Assembly: GCA_050259635.1 (NCBI GenBank)
Contig: JBLNBA010000001.1
Span: forward strand, 137,329 to 179,153
Source: Bacillota bacterium
GTDB lineage: Bacteria > Patescibacteriota > Patescibacteriia > Patescibacteriales > UBA12465
Direction: 5' to 3'
DNA length: 41,825 nucleotides
Shown: one piece after another, positions 9,738 through 19,670 of the stretch
How positions within the stretch are numbered: the stretch's first letter is position 1
Layout of the letters: the number at the start of each line of letters is the position of its first letter
Made by a program: the position numbers and the translations under genes
Notes under the pieces: generated by a model
The model's database searches: none
What the model was told of the DNA's origin: nothing
Seen by the model: the letters and a program-made list of their open reading frames with translations, nothing else

Positions 9738-9789
9738 GGGCCAGGTTTATTTTTTCGCTGATAACAGCTATAATGAAGTTATAGAAAAT

Positions 9790-11289
9790 ATGGATTTTGC
9801 TCCTAATATGGTCGGATTTAAGCAAAGATTAAGGCGGATTTGGTTAACGCTCCTCGGGCTTATCGTGGTTTTTTTTGTATTCGAGATTGTTTCTCCCTCC
9901 GGATCGTGGACCTGCCACGAGGATTATGCCCAAAGGGGACAAAATCTATTTAACCGTTCCTGCTTAGGGCGCCCCTCTCCAGGAGAACGCGTAGCCCACG
10001 GGCCTGGTGCTCCGCTCCTGGTTCTGGCTGATCCGGTATATTTTTCCGTTTTTTCTCCTCGGGCTTTCAGTCAGGCCGAGGTTACTATAACATACAGGCC
10101 ATATCTCAGTTCATCCACTCCTTTGATCGAGACCGGCTTCTTAGCGGATAAGGATCTTTGGCGCTACCGCTTGCGTCCGGTATATAACCTCTGGCTCGAA
10201 CAAGGAATGGGGGAATTCAGCCTGATTGATGAAGGCGGCCTTCGTCTATACCAGCGTACACCGACTTTCACTTCCGTATCTTCCTTTCTGGATGCTTGGC
10301 AGAAGGGGCAAAAGGTTTGTCCAAACCAGGGATGCCTGGCGGTTTATAATATTGATTTAGCAGGTTATTCGTCGGCTCTAAATTTGTCTGCTCTCGACAA
10401 GGGCTCCGGAGAAACCTTTTTCCCATATCCTTTGCGTGGCGCCCATCAGTTCTATCTCTACCACCCGGGAGGAAGGCTTGAGATCTCGGCATCTCTTTTG
10501 GATAGGAATAATGATCTTAATAAGGATGATGCTGAATTTATCCTGTTTTCCGGTCGTCATCAGGCTCTGCAAGTAAAGATCGAAGACCGCCGGGCGGAGG
10601 CGGAGCTCAGCGGCGACAACAGCGCTCCCGAGCCAATCCGCCTCACGGGCGAACTTGAAGCAGGATTATACCGTCTTGAATTCCGGGCAGGGGACGACCT
10701 TTCTCTGTCGGGCTTAAAAGTAAACTCCCGCTATCTATCGGCCATCAATAAGATATGGCCGGATGGTCCGTCGCCGGTGACTTTATATACCGACTCTCGG
10801 TATCTCCAAGCAAAAGCCATCGATCCGGCAGTGCTCCAGGCTTTTGATTTTGGCGGAACTAAACTTGATTTGGATGAAATCTATGTTCAAAAGGAGGCAG
10901 TAAGCAAGCGGTTAGGGCTGAAGAAAATCGCTCTTCAAAGCGGCGGTATCTTATTGGAAAATAATGGAGTGTTTGCGGCTGATCCCTCTAGCTTGATATC
11001 TCCTGACTATCCTCGGTTGGATCGTTTTGCCCCCGATCTGAGCGCTTTAGATATCGTGGTCTCTGATTATCGTCCGGCAAAGAAGCTTGAAGAAGGCTGG
11101 CTTCAATCTACCGCCGTTTTCCAAGCAGGCGATCTGTATCGCGAGAAGGGACGATATAGCCTCGTGGTTTCCGCGCCCGGTATTAAGATCGATTCTGGAG
11201 CCGGCGGTTTGGTGGAAATCAAAGAGATTACCGTCCGTTTTAGCGGCAAGAATTTGCTCGATAAGATAAGGTCTCTGTTATCATTATGA
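9790..11289 (+). CDS. Hypothetical membrane-anchored exported protein (about 500 aa)
   Basis: Long ORF with an N-terminal TM segment (IWLTLLGLIVVFFVFEIV) and a beta-rich remainder. ATG 9790 or 9808 is more plausible than TTG 9736 because TATAAT lies at 9769-9774. The stop overlaps the next ATG (ATGA). Confidence 0.75.
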   Translation: MDFAPNMVGFKQRLRRIWLTLLGLIVVFFVFEIVSPSGSWTCHEDYAQRGQNLFNRSCLGRPSPGERVAHGPGAPLLVLADPVYFSVFSPRAFSQAEVTITYRPYLSSSTPLIETGFLADKDLWRYRLRPVYNLWLEQGMGEFSLIDEGGLRLYQRTPTFTSVSSFLDAWQKGQKVCPNQGCLAVYNIDLAGYSSALNLSALDKGSGETFFPYPLRGAHQFYLYHPGGRLEISASLLDRNNDLNKDDAEFILFSGRHQALQVKIEDRRAEAELSGDNSAPEPIRLTGELEAGLYRLEFRAGDDLSLSGLKVNSRYLSAINKIWPDGPSPVTLYTDSRYLQAKAIDPAVLQAFDFGGTKLDLDEIYVQKEAVSKRLGLKKIALQSGGILLENNGVFAADPSSLISPDYPRLDRFAPDLSALDIVVSDYRPAKKLEEGWLQSTAVFQAGDLYREKGRYSLVVSAPGIKIDSGAGGLVEIKEITVRFSGKNLLDKIRSLLSL

Positions 11290-11480
11290 AAAAGCAGGCG
11301 GAAATGATCGTTTGGCGGCAAATAGCGGAAGAGGCCTTTTATTTTTTCAGCGCGCTTTTGGTATTAGGAGGGCTTGTAGAGTTTTTGTTTCCGGGATTGT
11401 TCAGCCTGTATGTCGATGTCGCTTTGGTAGCGGTTGGCTGGGTGCTATCTTTATTAATAATCATCTATGTACGAAGGTAA
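11286..11480 (+). CDS. Small two-TM membrane protein (64 aa)
   Basis: Two hydrophobic segments; ATGA overlap with the upstream stop and overlap with the downstream start. Confidence 0.7.
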   Translation: MKKQAEMIVWRQIAEEAFYFFSALLVLGGLVEFLFPGLFSLYVDVALVAVGWVLSLLIIIYVRR

Positions 11481-12180
11481 GAAAATCATCGCCGTATTGC
11501 CGGCCTATAATGCTGCTGAGACTTTGCAACGGACGGTCGCCGATCTTCCAGCGATTACCGATGAAATTATTCTGGTAGACGACGATAGCCGTGACGGAAC
11601 AGTGGCATTGGCTCGATCTCTAGGGCTTTTTGTCCATAAGCATGAGGAGAATCGCGGTTATGGCGGTAATCAAAAAACCTGCTACCGTCTCGCTCTGGAC
11701 CATGGCGCCGATATTGTCGTTATGGTCCATCCCGATTATCAATATGATCCCAAGCTCGTTACCCCTTTTACCGAGTTCATCGCCGAGGGGCGTTTTGATG
11801 TCATGCTTGGCTCGCGGATCAGGAGCCGGAAAGAGACTCTGGCCGGGGGGATGCCGCGATATAAATATTATTCCAACCGTTTCCTGACCTTGGTGGAAAA
11901 TATCGCCACCGGTTATAACCTATCCGAATGGCACACGGGGATGAGGGCATATTCCCGTGAAGTTTTGGAAAGTCTGGATTACTCCAAGATGAGTGATGAC
12001 TTCGTTTTCGATACCCAGGCCTTACTGCAGATTTGCGCCCGAGGTTGGAGGATCGGAGAAATACCGGTTCCTGTCCGGTATTTTCCGGAGGCATCTTCCA
12101 TTAATTGGAAGCGGAGCTTGCGCTATGGAATTTCTACTTTAAGTTTAGCGGTTTCATATTATTTCGGTCATCGACCATGA
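11467..12180 (+). CDS. GT2 glycosyltransferase, DPM1/polyprenol-phosphate glycosyltransferase-like
   Basis: VLPAYNAA, ILVDDDSRDGT, NRGYGGNQK, MVHPDYQYDP, GMRAYSRE and FVFDTQ. Confidence 0.88.
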   Translation: MYEGKKIIAVLPAYNAAETLQRTVADLPAITDEIILVDDDSRDGTVALARSLGLFVHKHEENRGYGGNQKTCYRLALDHGADIVVMVHPDYQYDPKLVTPFTEFIAEGRFDVMLGSRIRSRKETLAGGMPRYKYYSNRFLTLVENIATGYNLSEWHTGMRAYSREVLESLDYSKMSDDFVFDTQALLQICARGWRIGEIPVPVRYFPEASSINWKRSLRYGISTLSLAVSYYFGHRP

Positions 12181-13757
12181 TCTTGAGAAAATTAAGACAA
12201 TTAATATCTTCTTACCGTTTCCGTGCCTGGCATGCTTACCTTTTCCTTGCCTTGGCGCCTTTTTTATTATATTTCCATTCGATCTGGTTCGGATATACCT
12301 ATCTTGACGATCAGAGTCTGATTTTGGAATCGGCGGACATTCTTCGTCGGGCATCCCCGTCAGAAATTTTCTTGAATGATGTTTTTTTTGGAGCGGCTAA
12401 ATTCTATTACCGCCCCTTACTGACTTGGTCTTTCGTCTTGGACTGGCATCTGGGTGGCGGTTCGATAGCCTTTTTCCATCTTACCAATCTCCTTTATCAT
12501 TCTTTGTCCGTTTGTTTGGCCTACGCGCTCCTTTTGCGGACCGGTATCAGGCGGAAGGTCGCCTTCTGGCTGTCTTTATTTTTTGCCATCCACCCCGCTT
12601 TGGTCCAGGCAGCCATCTGGATACCGGGGCGGAATGACGTCTTGGCGGCGGCCTTTATCTTTTTGACTCTGATTTTCGTTTCCCGCTGGTTCAGGGAAGA
12701 GAAGGGCAGGGATCTCGGTTTGTCGTGGTTATTCTTCCTCTTGGCTTTGCTTACCAAAGAAACAGCCGCTCTTCTGCCGTTTTTGGCGCTTGGCTGGATA
12801 TTGGTCTATGAAAGACGATATTTCAGCTGGTTCAAACTCGGACTCGCTTCTGCAGGCGCTGCCGTGAGCGGGTTCGTCTGGTATCTTCTGCGGGCAGCCG
12901 CCCTAGATGGCGGCAGTAGCGGCGGCCTATTATCCTCTCTCGCCGACAATCTCTTGTCTCCGGTTATCTTTCTCGGGAAGGCCTTATTGCCTTTCAATCT
13001 GTCTGTTTATCCGGTGCCGGCGGATGCTAATTGGTTTTTTGGGATAGCCTCGATCTTGATGCTGGCTGCTTTACTAGCTGTTTCTCGTCCGCGTAATTGG
13101 CGGGGAGTGGCTTATGGATTCCTTTGGTTCTGGCCCTTACTGGTGCTAGGTTCCGCCAGGCCGGACGGAGAAATATATCGCAATTTCATGGAGCACCGGC
13201 TTTATATCCCCATATTCGGCCTGATGCTCATTTTGGCGGAGACGGTCCGCTATTGGGACCGGGTTGGAGCGGAATGGCGTCGCCGGTTGATCGGGGCTGG
13301 TTTGATTTTGTTCATATTTTTATCCTATCAGCATAGTTGGCATTTCCGGGACCGGCTGGTTTTCTGGCAACAGGCGACAGAAAGCTCTCCTCATTCTTCC
13401 TTGGCTCAAAGGAACCTGGGAGCGATGGAATATTTGGATGGGAATGCGGATGATGCGGAAAAGCGCTATCTCGAGTCTCTGCGCTTAAATCCGGAAGAGC
13501 CGATGGTCCACAACAATCTGGCCGTGATATATATGGATCGAGGTGATTGGCGGCGGGCAGAAACTGAATTGAAGGAGGAGTTGAAGATAAATCCCGAGTA
13601 TGATGTTGCCTTGTTTAACCTAGGTAGGGTATATTTGGAAAAGCGGCGCTTTCATGACGCCTCTTTGCTCTTCCGTGAGACTTTGCGAGTGAACCCTCGC
13701 CATCCTGAGGCGGCTGCTAAATTGGCAGAAGCATTGGAAGGAATGAACGAACAATAA
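12177..13757 (+). CDS. TMTC-like GT-C (protein O-mannosyltransferase-like) membrane protein with C-terminal TPR repeats
   Basis: YLDD in the first loop, YYRPL, FAIHP, WIPGRNDVL, LALLTKE and EHRLYIP, many TM segments, then TPRs (AQRNLG, VHNNLA, ALFNLG). Start ATG 12177 overlaps the upstream TGA. Confidence 0.8.
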   Translation: MILRKLRQLISSYRFRAWHAYLFLALAPFLLYFHSIWFGYTYLDDQSLILESADILRRASPSEIFLNDVFFGAAKFYYRPLLTWSFVLDWHLGGGSIAFFHLTNLLYHSLSVCLAYALLLRTGIRRKVAFWLSLFFAIHPALVQAAIWIPGRNDVLAAAFIFLTLIFVSRWFREEKGRDLGLSWLFFLLALLTKETAALLPFLALGWILVYERRYFSWFKLGLASAGAAVSGFVWYLLRAAALDGGSSGGLLSSLADNLLSPVIFLGKALLPFNLSVYPVPADANWFFGIASILMLAALLAVSRPRNWRGVAYGFLWFWPLLVLGSARPDGEIYRNFMEHRLYIPIFGLMLILAETVRYWDRVGAEWRRRLIGAGLILFIFLSYQHSWHFRDRLVFWQQATESSPHSSLAQRNLGAMEYLDGNADDAEKRYLESLRLNPEEPMVHNNLAVIYMDRGDWRRAETELKEELKINPEYDVALFNLGRVYLEKRRFHDASLLFRETLRVNPRHPEAAAKLAEALEGMNEQ

Positions 13758-13763
13758 TATTAT

Positions 13764-15392
13764 ATGGCTTTCTCTTTTCGTCGGCTGGTAAGTCGGCCGA
13801 TAAACAACATAACCGGTGCGGCTCTCCTGATGGCCGTCTTTTCTGTCGCTTCCCGTTTTTTGGGAGTTGTCCGCGATCATATTCTCGCCGGTCGTTTCGG
13901 GGCGGCAGAGAGCCTGGATATATATTATGCCGCTTTCCGCATCCCGGACTTCATTTATAATCTGGTGGTGCTTGGCGCATTATCTGCCGGCTTTATTCCC
14001 GTTTTTGCGGAGATGATGAAAAGATCTGACAGTGAGGGGAAGGAGAATCTTAATCGGTTGGCGAGCAATGTCTTTAACGCTCTCGTCCTCTTGCTCGTGG
14101 CTTTGTCCATTATTGGTATTATTTTCGCTCGCCCGTTAACTGCCTTGATCGCCCCCGGTTTGTCAGCTGCGATGCAAGCTAGTGTGGCCTCGCTTAGCCG
14201 GGTGATGTTTTTATCTCCTTTGTTCCTGGGCATGTCTGGGGTGCTCGGCGGAATCCTGCAGAGTTATAAGCGGTTCTTTATATATTCGCTTTCTCCAATA
14301 CTGTATAACGTGGGGATCATAGCCGGAGCTTTGGTGTTAGAGCCGGCCTTTGGCCTGATAGGCCTGGCTTGGGGCGTCGTCCTGGGAGCGTTCTTGCATT
14401 TTGCCATCCAGCTGCCTGCGGTCTTGCGGCTTGGTTTCCGTTATCGTGTTTTAGTTGATATGAAGGATGCCGGTTTGAGGCAGATTGCCGGCATGATGGG
14501 TCCGCGGACGCTTTCCTTGGCTGTTTCCCAGCTCAATCTTCTCGCTATGACGATCCTGGCTACCGGCTTGGATAGCGGTTCGCTTTCGATATTCAACCTG
14601 GCCAATAACTTGCAGTCGTTCCCTTTGGGGGTGTTCGGGGTGTCGTTCGCCGTGGCCGCTTTTCCTTTCCTGTCGGAAAATGCCTATCGTCCGGAAGAGC
14701 TGAAGGAAAGATTTTCCCTGACGATGAGACAGATATTTTTCTTCATCGTTCCTGCTTCCGTGCTGCTCATCACCCTTAGAGCCCAGCTTATCCGCGTAAT
14801 CTTAGGCAGCGGCCATTTTGACTGGAATGATACGGTTCTTACCATGAACACTCTGGGATTCTTTGCTTTAAGCCTGTTTGCCCAGGCGGCAATCCCGCTT
14901 TTAGTGCGGATGTTTTATGCTCGCCGGGATTCGTGGACTCCTTTTTTCCTGAGCCTTGCCTCTACCGCGATAAACGTCGTGCTTGCTTATGCTCTGCGTC
15001 CGTATTTCGGCGTGGCCGGCCTGGCGCTCGCATTTTCTATTGCCAGCATTTTCAATTTCTTGTCTTTATGGATCTGGTTATATTACCAGTTGGGTGACCT
15101 GGATCTGGATAAGATATTCCTTTCGATTGTTAAATTTGCGGCCGCGGCCATCGGTGCGGGCGTGGCAGTGCAAGGCCTGAAACTGGCTGTGTGGCCGTTT
15201 ATCGATATGGAAACCTATCTGGGCGTTATTTGGCAGCTCTTGGCGGCCGGTAGTGGCGGAATAATCGTCTATGGCTTGCTATGTTATCTTTTTGGAAGCG
15301 AGGAACTTATGAGCACCATAGCTGCATTTAAGAGGCGGCTGCCTTTGAAGAAGGCTAAGCTGGGTGATCAGGGAGAGGCCAGAGGCCTGTGA
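13764..15392 (+). CDS. murJ: Lipid II flippase MurJ (MviN)
   Basis: SRFLGVVRD..LAGRFGA, AFRIPD, GALSAGFIPVF, QSFPLGVFG and FYARRDSWTP; polytopic membrane protein. Confidence 0.95.
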   Translation: MAFSFRRLVSRPINNITGAALLMAVFSVASRFLGVVRDHILAGRFGAAESLDIYYAAFRIPDFIYNLVVLGALSAGFIPVFAEMMKRSDSEGKENLNRLASNVFNALVLLLVALSIIGIIFARPLTALIAPGLSAAMQASVASLSRVMFLSPLFLGMSGVLGGILQSYKRFFIYSLSPILYNVGIIAGALVLEPAFGLIGLAWGVVLGAFLHFAIQLPAVLRLGFRYRVLVDMKDAGLRQIAGMMGPRTLSLAVSQLNLLAMTILATGLDSGSLSIFNLANNLQSFPLGVFGVSFAVAAFPFLSENAYRPEELKERFSLTMRQIFFFIVPASVLLITLRAQLIRVILGSGHFDWNDTVLTMNTLGFFALSLFAQAAIPLLVRMFYARRDSWTPFFLSLASTAINVVLAYALRPYFGVAGLALAFSIASIFNFLSLWIWLYYQLGDLDLDKIFLSIVKFAAAAIGAGVAVQGLKLAVWPFIDMETYLGVIWQLLAAGSGGIIVYGLLCYLFGSEELMSTIAAFKRRLPLKKAKLGDQGEARGL

Positions 15393-15397
15393 CGCCC

Positions 15398-15426
15398 TTG
15401 CTTGGAGAGATTATTAATGATAATGT
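15398..15426 (+). promoter_or_regulatory. Candidate promoter for lepA-recJ-rnhA
   Basis: TTGCTT (15398-15403), 17-nt spacer ending in TGa, then TAATGT (15421-15426). Confidence 0.4.
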
Positions 15427-15492
15427 ATCTTTCTAAGAGGGAAATTCTTGTTGGGACGATTTATTTAAAGTTAGCCTAATCTGTTGAATAAC

Positions 15493-17289
15493 ATGACTGA
15501 TAAGATACGCAATTTTGCGATTCTTGCCCATATTGATCACGGCAAATCTACCCTTGCCGACCGCATGCTGGAAATTACCCAGACGGTCGATAAGCGTAAG
15601 ATGAAGAACCAGATTTTGGACGGGATGGACATAGAGCGCGAACGCGGTATTACGATAAAGTTGCAGCCGGTGACCATGGAGTATGGCGGATACCAGCTTA
15701 ATCTTATCGATACCCCTGGGCACGTAGACTTTTCTTATGAGGTGTCACGCTCTTTGGCGGCTGTTGAGACGGCCGTCCTTTTAGTAGACTCAACCCAGGG
15801 TATCCAGGCGCAAACCCTGGCCAATCTTTATCTTGCCCTTGAACAGGACCTGACTATTATTCCCGTGGTAAACAAGATCGACCTGCCGGCCGCCAATGTT
15901 CCTAAAACGAAGGCGGAGATCATGCGCTTGCTCGGTTGCCAGGAAGAAGACATCTTATCTGCTTCCGGGAAGACCGGTGAAGGTGTAAAGGAGATTTTGG
16001 ATGAAGTGATAAAAAAGGGGGTGCCGCCGCGCAATTCGTCCGCCGCTTCGGCGCGGGCGCTTATCTTTGATTCCAAGTATGATGAATATAAAGGCGTGGT
16101 GGCTTTTATCCGGGTTTTTGATGGTGAAATTCGCAAAGGTGACCAGATTAGCCTTCTTGCGACCAAGGCGAAGAGCGAAGTACTCGACATCGGCGTCTTT
16201 AAACCGGAATATCATCCTACTGGTATGCTTAAGGCTGGAGGAATCGGATATGTCGTGACCGGCTTTAAGCAGGTGGGCGAGTGTCGGGTCGGCGATACGG
16301 TATCGGCTGGGGCGGAAAGGGAATCGGCCGAGCCTCTTGCCGGATACAAAGAAGTAAAGCCAATGGTCTTTGCCGGTATCTTCCCGCGGGAAGGCAACGA
16401 CCTTGAAGACCTGAGGGAGGCGATGGAGAAACTCAAATTGAACGACGCCGCTTTGTCGTACGAACCGGAACGTTCCGATGCTTTGGGCTTCGGCTTCCGT
16501 TGCGGGTTCCTAGGCTTGCTCCATCTCGAAATTTTTCAAGAGCGTTTGCGCCGGGAATATAATCTTGACCTGATCGTGACCGTCCCTTCCGTGGCTTATC
16601 GCGTACTACGCAAAGGCGGCGAGGAGGAAATCGTTCGTACTCCTCAGCGTCTTCCCGATCCGAATGAGATTGAATCCATTGAGGAGCCGTGGGTATCTTT
16701 GGACGTGATAACGCCTCAAGAATATATCGGCAATATCATGAGTCTCGCCCAAGAGAAGCGAGGAATCTATAAGAACACGGAATATATTTCCGCTGGGAGC
16801 GATGAAGCCCGTGCTATCCTGCATTATGCCATTCCCCTTTCGGCCATCCTGACGGATTTTTATGATAAGATAAAGAGTGTCACTGCCGGCTACGCTTCCA
16901 TCAATTATGACTATTTGGATTATCGCCTGGCGGATGTGGTAAAGCTGGATATCTTAGTGGCGGAAGAGACGGTGGAATCTTTATCCACCATCGTTTACCG
17001 CGATGAAGCTTTCCGGCAAGGAAAACAGATCGTAGACATCCTTAAAGATACCCTTCCCCGGCAGATGTTCGTGCTCAAGATCCAGGCGGCGGTTGGCGGA
17101 AAGGTGGTGGCGGCGGAGAGATTATCTGCTATGCGCAAGGATGTAACGGCTAAGCTGTATGGCGGCGATGTCAGCCGCAAGCGCAAGCTGCTAGAGAAAC
17201 AGAAGAAGGGGAAGAAGAAAATGATGCAAGCCGGAAAAGGCAGCGTCGACATACCATCGGATACTTTCGTTAAGATTTTAAAAAGATAA
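15493..17289 (+). CDS. lepA: Translation elongation factor 4 (LepA)
   Basis: IRNFAILAHIDHGKSTLADR, ERERGITIK, DTPGHVDF, GFRCGFLGLLH and KLYGGDVSRKRKLLEKQKKGKKKM. ATG 15493 preferred over TTG 15484. Confidence 0.98.
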   Translation: MTDKIRNFAILAHIDHGKSTLADRMLEITQTVDKRKMKNQILDGMDIERERGITIKLQPVTMEYGGYQLNLIDTPGHVDFSYEVSRSLAAVETAVLLVDSTQGIQAQTLANLYLALEQDLTIIPVVNKIDLPAANVPKTKAEIMRLLGCQEEDILSASGKTGEGVKEILDEVIKKGVPPRNSSAASARALIFDSKYDEYKGVVAFIRVFDGEIRKGDQISLLATKAKSEVLDIGVFKPEYHPTGMLKAGGIGYVVTGFKQVGECRVGDTVSAGAERESAEPLAGYKEVKPMVFAGIFPREGNDLEDLREAMEKLKLNDAALSYEPERSDALGFGFRCGFLGLLHLEIFQERLRREYNLDLIVTVPSVAYRVLRKGGEEEIVRTPQRLPDPNEIESIEEPWVSLDVITPQEYIGNIMSLAQEKRGIYKNTEYISAGSDEARAILHYAIPLSAILTDFYDKIKSVTAGYASINYDYLDYRLADVVKLDILVAEETVESLSTIVYRDEAFRQGKQIVDILKDTLPRQMFVLKIQAAVGGKVVAAERLSAMRKDVTAKLYGGDVSRKRKLLEKQKKGKKKMMQAGKGSVDIPSDTFVKILKR

Positions 17290-17294
17290 AAGTT

Positions 17295-17393
17295 ATGAAA
17301 AGAAAAAAGATTATTAAGGTCGCTTGGGCGCTGATGTCCGTGATCATAATGCTGTCGATGCTCGTTTGGACTTTCGGGTCGATGTTATATTGA
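17295..17393 (+). CDS. 32-aa single-TM small protein (not in the ORF track)
   Basis: ATG..TGA encodes MKRKKIIKVAWALMSVIIMLSMLVWTFGSMLY and fills the lepA-recJ gap almost exactly (5 nt after the lepA stop, 1 nt before the recJ ATG). Confidence 0.7.
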   Translation: MKRKKIIKVAWALMSVIIMLSMLVWTFGSMLY

Positions 17394-17394
17394 T

Positions 17395-19206
17395 ATGGCT
17401 AAACTCTGGCAAATCGCGGAGCCGCCGCATGACTCCTTTCTTGGCGTACTGGCCGATATCGATCCGGTAGTTTCGAGTATCCTCTGGAACCGCGGTTTGC
17501 GAACTCCGGAATCCGTCAGGGCTTTTCTGGATGATACGATCGAACCTTCCCAATGTTTAGATTTAGCCGGAGACGGCTCCTTGTCTTTTTTTGACCCTTT
17601 CCTTTTCCGTGACATGTCTGCGGCAGTGGCTTTGATCATCAAACATATCAAGGAGGGTAATAAGATTGTTGTTTATGGCGATTATGATGCGGATGGAGTC
17701 ACCGCTTCGACCGTCTTGTCCGAGGCGCTTCGCACCTTGAAAGCAGACGTGGAAGTTTATCTGCCCGATCGCGTGAGCGAAGGCTATGGCCTTAACAAGC
17801 CGGCCTTGGATCAGATCAGAGAGCAGGGCGCCAAATTGGTGATTACGGTCGATAACGGCATCCGCAATAAGGATGAAGCGGCTTATGCTAAAGGATTGGG
17901 GCTGGATGTTATAATCACGGATCACCATGTCTTGCCGGAGAAGCGCGAAGATATGCCACCTTGCCTGGTTATCGATCCGGCGGATCCGGAGGATAGTTAT
18001 CCTTGGCCATTCCTGGCTGGCGTAGGCGTGGCCTATAAGCTGGTTTGTGCTTTGCTTAGCGAATCCAGGCTATCTCCCGTCCAAAAGAAAGCTATATCCG
18101 AGAGAGCCCTCGATCTTGTCGCCGTGGGGACAATCGCCGATATGGTGAACCTCATGGGAGAGAATCGTTGGCTCGTGAAACGAGGGTTGGCCGTGCTCAA
18201 CCAGAACCGCCGTCCCGGTCTCAAGGCCTTATTCAAGACGGCGAAGATCGCTCTGGACAAACCCTTGGAAGCTTGGAATGTCGGGTGGCAGCTTGGTCCG
18301 CGCTTGAATGCGGCTAGCCGCCTGGGACATGCGAATAGCGCTTTTGCCTTGATCGGCGCTTCTTCGGATGAAGAGGCCGAGAGCCTGGCGGCCGAACTTA
18401 ATAAGCGCAATCAGGAACGGCAACAAATTACCGAAGAGATTATAAAGCAGGTAGAAGAACAGATCGATAAGGATAATCTTCCTCCGCTCATCATTGGCGT
18501 CTGCCAAGAAGGGCAGTCGTGGAATGAAGGCGTGGTCGGCTTGGTATCCGGTAAGATTTGCGAGAAATATCACCGCCCTACTTTAGTAATCACCCGTATC
18601 TGCGAAGAACCGGATGAAGAAGGAGCATCCAAATGCGGCTTTAAGGGATCTGGACGATCAGTCGAAGGCTTTAACCTTATCGAAGCCGTAGAAGAATGCG
18701 CTGAGTTCCTGGATAAGTTTGGCGGCCATCCCATGGCCTGCGGCTTCTCCCTGGAAAGCGAAGAGCGATTGGAACGTTTCCGGGAAAAGATGCTTTCCCT
18801 TGCTGCCTCCAAATTGACAGCCGAGATTTTAGCCGCGAAATTACGTCTCGATGCTATGCTTCCGTTTTCCAAGATAACCCTAAAACTGAATGAGGAAATC
18901 GGATCATTGGCTCCTTTCGGACAGAATAACCAGCAACCGCGTTTTGCCAGCTCGAATCTGCGTATCGACGACTTGGTATATATGGGGAGTGAAAAACAGC
19001 ACATAAAGCTGCGCTTGTCTTCTTTGGAAGACAGGACCGCCCCTTCTTTCTGGGGCGTAGCATTTTCCTGTGCCAGTTCTTTTTCCGGACTTAAGGCCGG
19101 GGACGCGATTGATTTGGCATATTATTTGGATATCAACGCTTTTAACGGCCGACGTGAGGTCCAGTTGAAGATCATTGACTGGCATCCGGCGGCGGAACGA
19201 ATATGA
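17395..19206 (+). CDS. recJ: ssDNA-specific exonuclease RecJ
   Basis: GDYDADG, ITVDNGI, ITDHH, LAGVGVAYK, GTIADMV, PRLNAASRL, GSGRS, FGGHPMACG and APFGQNN. Confidence 0.96.
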   Translation: MAKLWQIAEPPHDSFLGVLADIDPVVSSILWNRGLRTPESVRAFLDDTIEPSQCLDLAGDGSLSFFDPFLFRDMSAAVALIIKHIKEGNKIVVYGDYDADGVTASTVLSEALRTLKADVEVYLPDRVSEGYGLNKPALDQIREQGAKLVITVDNGIRNKDEAAYAKGLGLDVIITDHHVLPEKREDMPPCLVIDPADPEDSYPWPFLAGVGVAYKLVCALLSESRLSPVQKKAISERALDLVAVGTIADMVNLMGENRWLVKRGLAVLNQNRRPGLKALFKTAKIALDKPLEAWNVGWQLGPRLNAASRLGHANSAFALIGASSDEEAESLAAELNKRNQERQQITEEIIKQVEEQIDKDNLPPLIIGVCQEGQSWNEGVVGLVSGKICEKYHRPTLVITRICEEPDEEGASKCGFKGSGRSVEGFNLIEAVEECAEFLDKFGGHPMACGFSLESEERLERFREKMLSLAASKLTAEILAAKLRLDAMLPFSKITLKLNEEIGSLAPFGQNNQQPRFASSNLRIDDLVYMGSEKQHIKLRLSSLEDRTAPSFWGVAFSCASSFSGLKAGDAIDLAYYLDINAFNGRREVQLKIIDWHPAAERI

Positions 19207-19607
19207 AAATCATCATCCATTCAGACGGAGGGGCACGAGGTAATCCCGGACCGGCAGGCATAGGGGCTATTCTCCATGATGAAAAGGGGACGGTCTTGGC
19301 GGAGATTTCCGCTTATCTGGGTGAAACAACGAATAATCAGGCGGAATATAAGGCCTTGATCGCCGGCTTGCAGAAAGCTAACGCCCTAGGAGCGGATGCC
19401 GTGGAATGTTTTTTGGATAGCGAGCTGGCCGTTAAACAGATAAACCGGGTATACAAAGTGAAGAATCGCGAACTGGCGCCTCTTTTCTTGGATGTCTGCA
19501 ATCTGCTCACTAAGTTCAAATCATATCGTTTCTGCCATGTACCGAGAGAACTGAATAAAGAGGCAGACAGGTTGGCTAACGAGGCGATGGACCGGAGGGA
19601 AAATTGA
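19203..19607 (+). CDS. rnhA: Ribonuclease HI (archaeal/actinobacterial-like type)
   Basis: DGGARGNPGPAGIG, TNNQAEY, DSEL and HVPRELNKEADRLAN. Confidence 0.93.
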   Translation: MKIIIHSDGGARGNPGPAGIGAILHDEKGTVLAEISAYLGETTNNQAEYKALIAGLQKANALGADAVECFLDSELAVKQINRVYKVKNRELAPLFLDVCNLLTKFKSYRFCHVPRELNKEADRLANEAMDRREN

Positions 19608-19627
19608 TAACATTATCATTTTGGAAT

Positions 19628-19656
19628 AAAAAAACCGTCCTGTGGGACGGTTTTTT
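19628..19656. terminator. Bidirectional terminator between convergent rnhA and the minus-strand operon
   Basis: AAAAAAACCGTCC-TGTG-GGACGGTTTTTT, with A and T tracts on either side. Confidence 0.88.
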
Positions 19657-19670
19657 GTATAAACGAGCGG

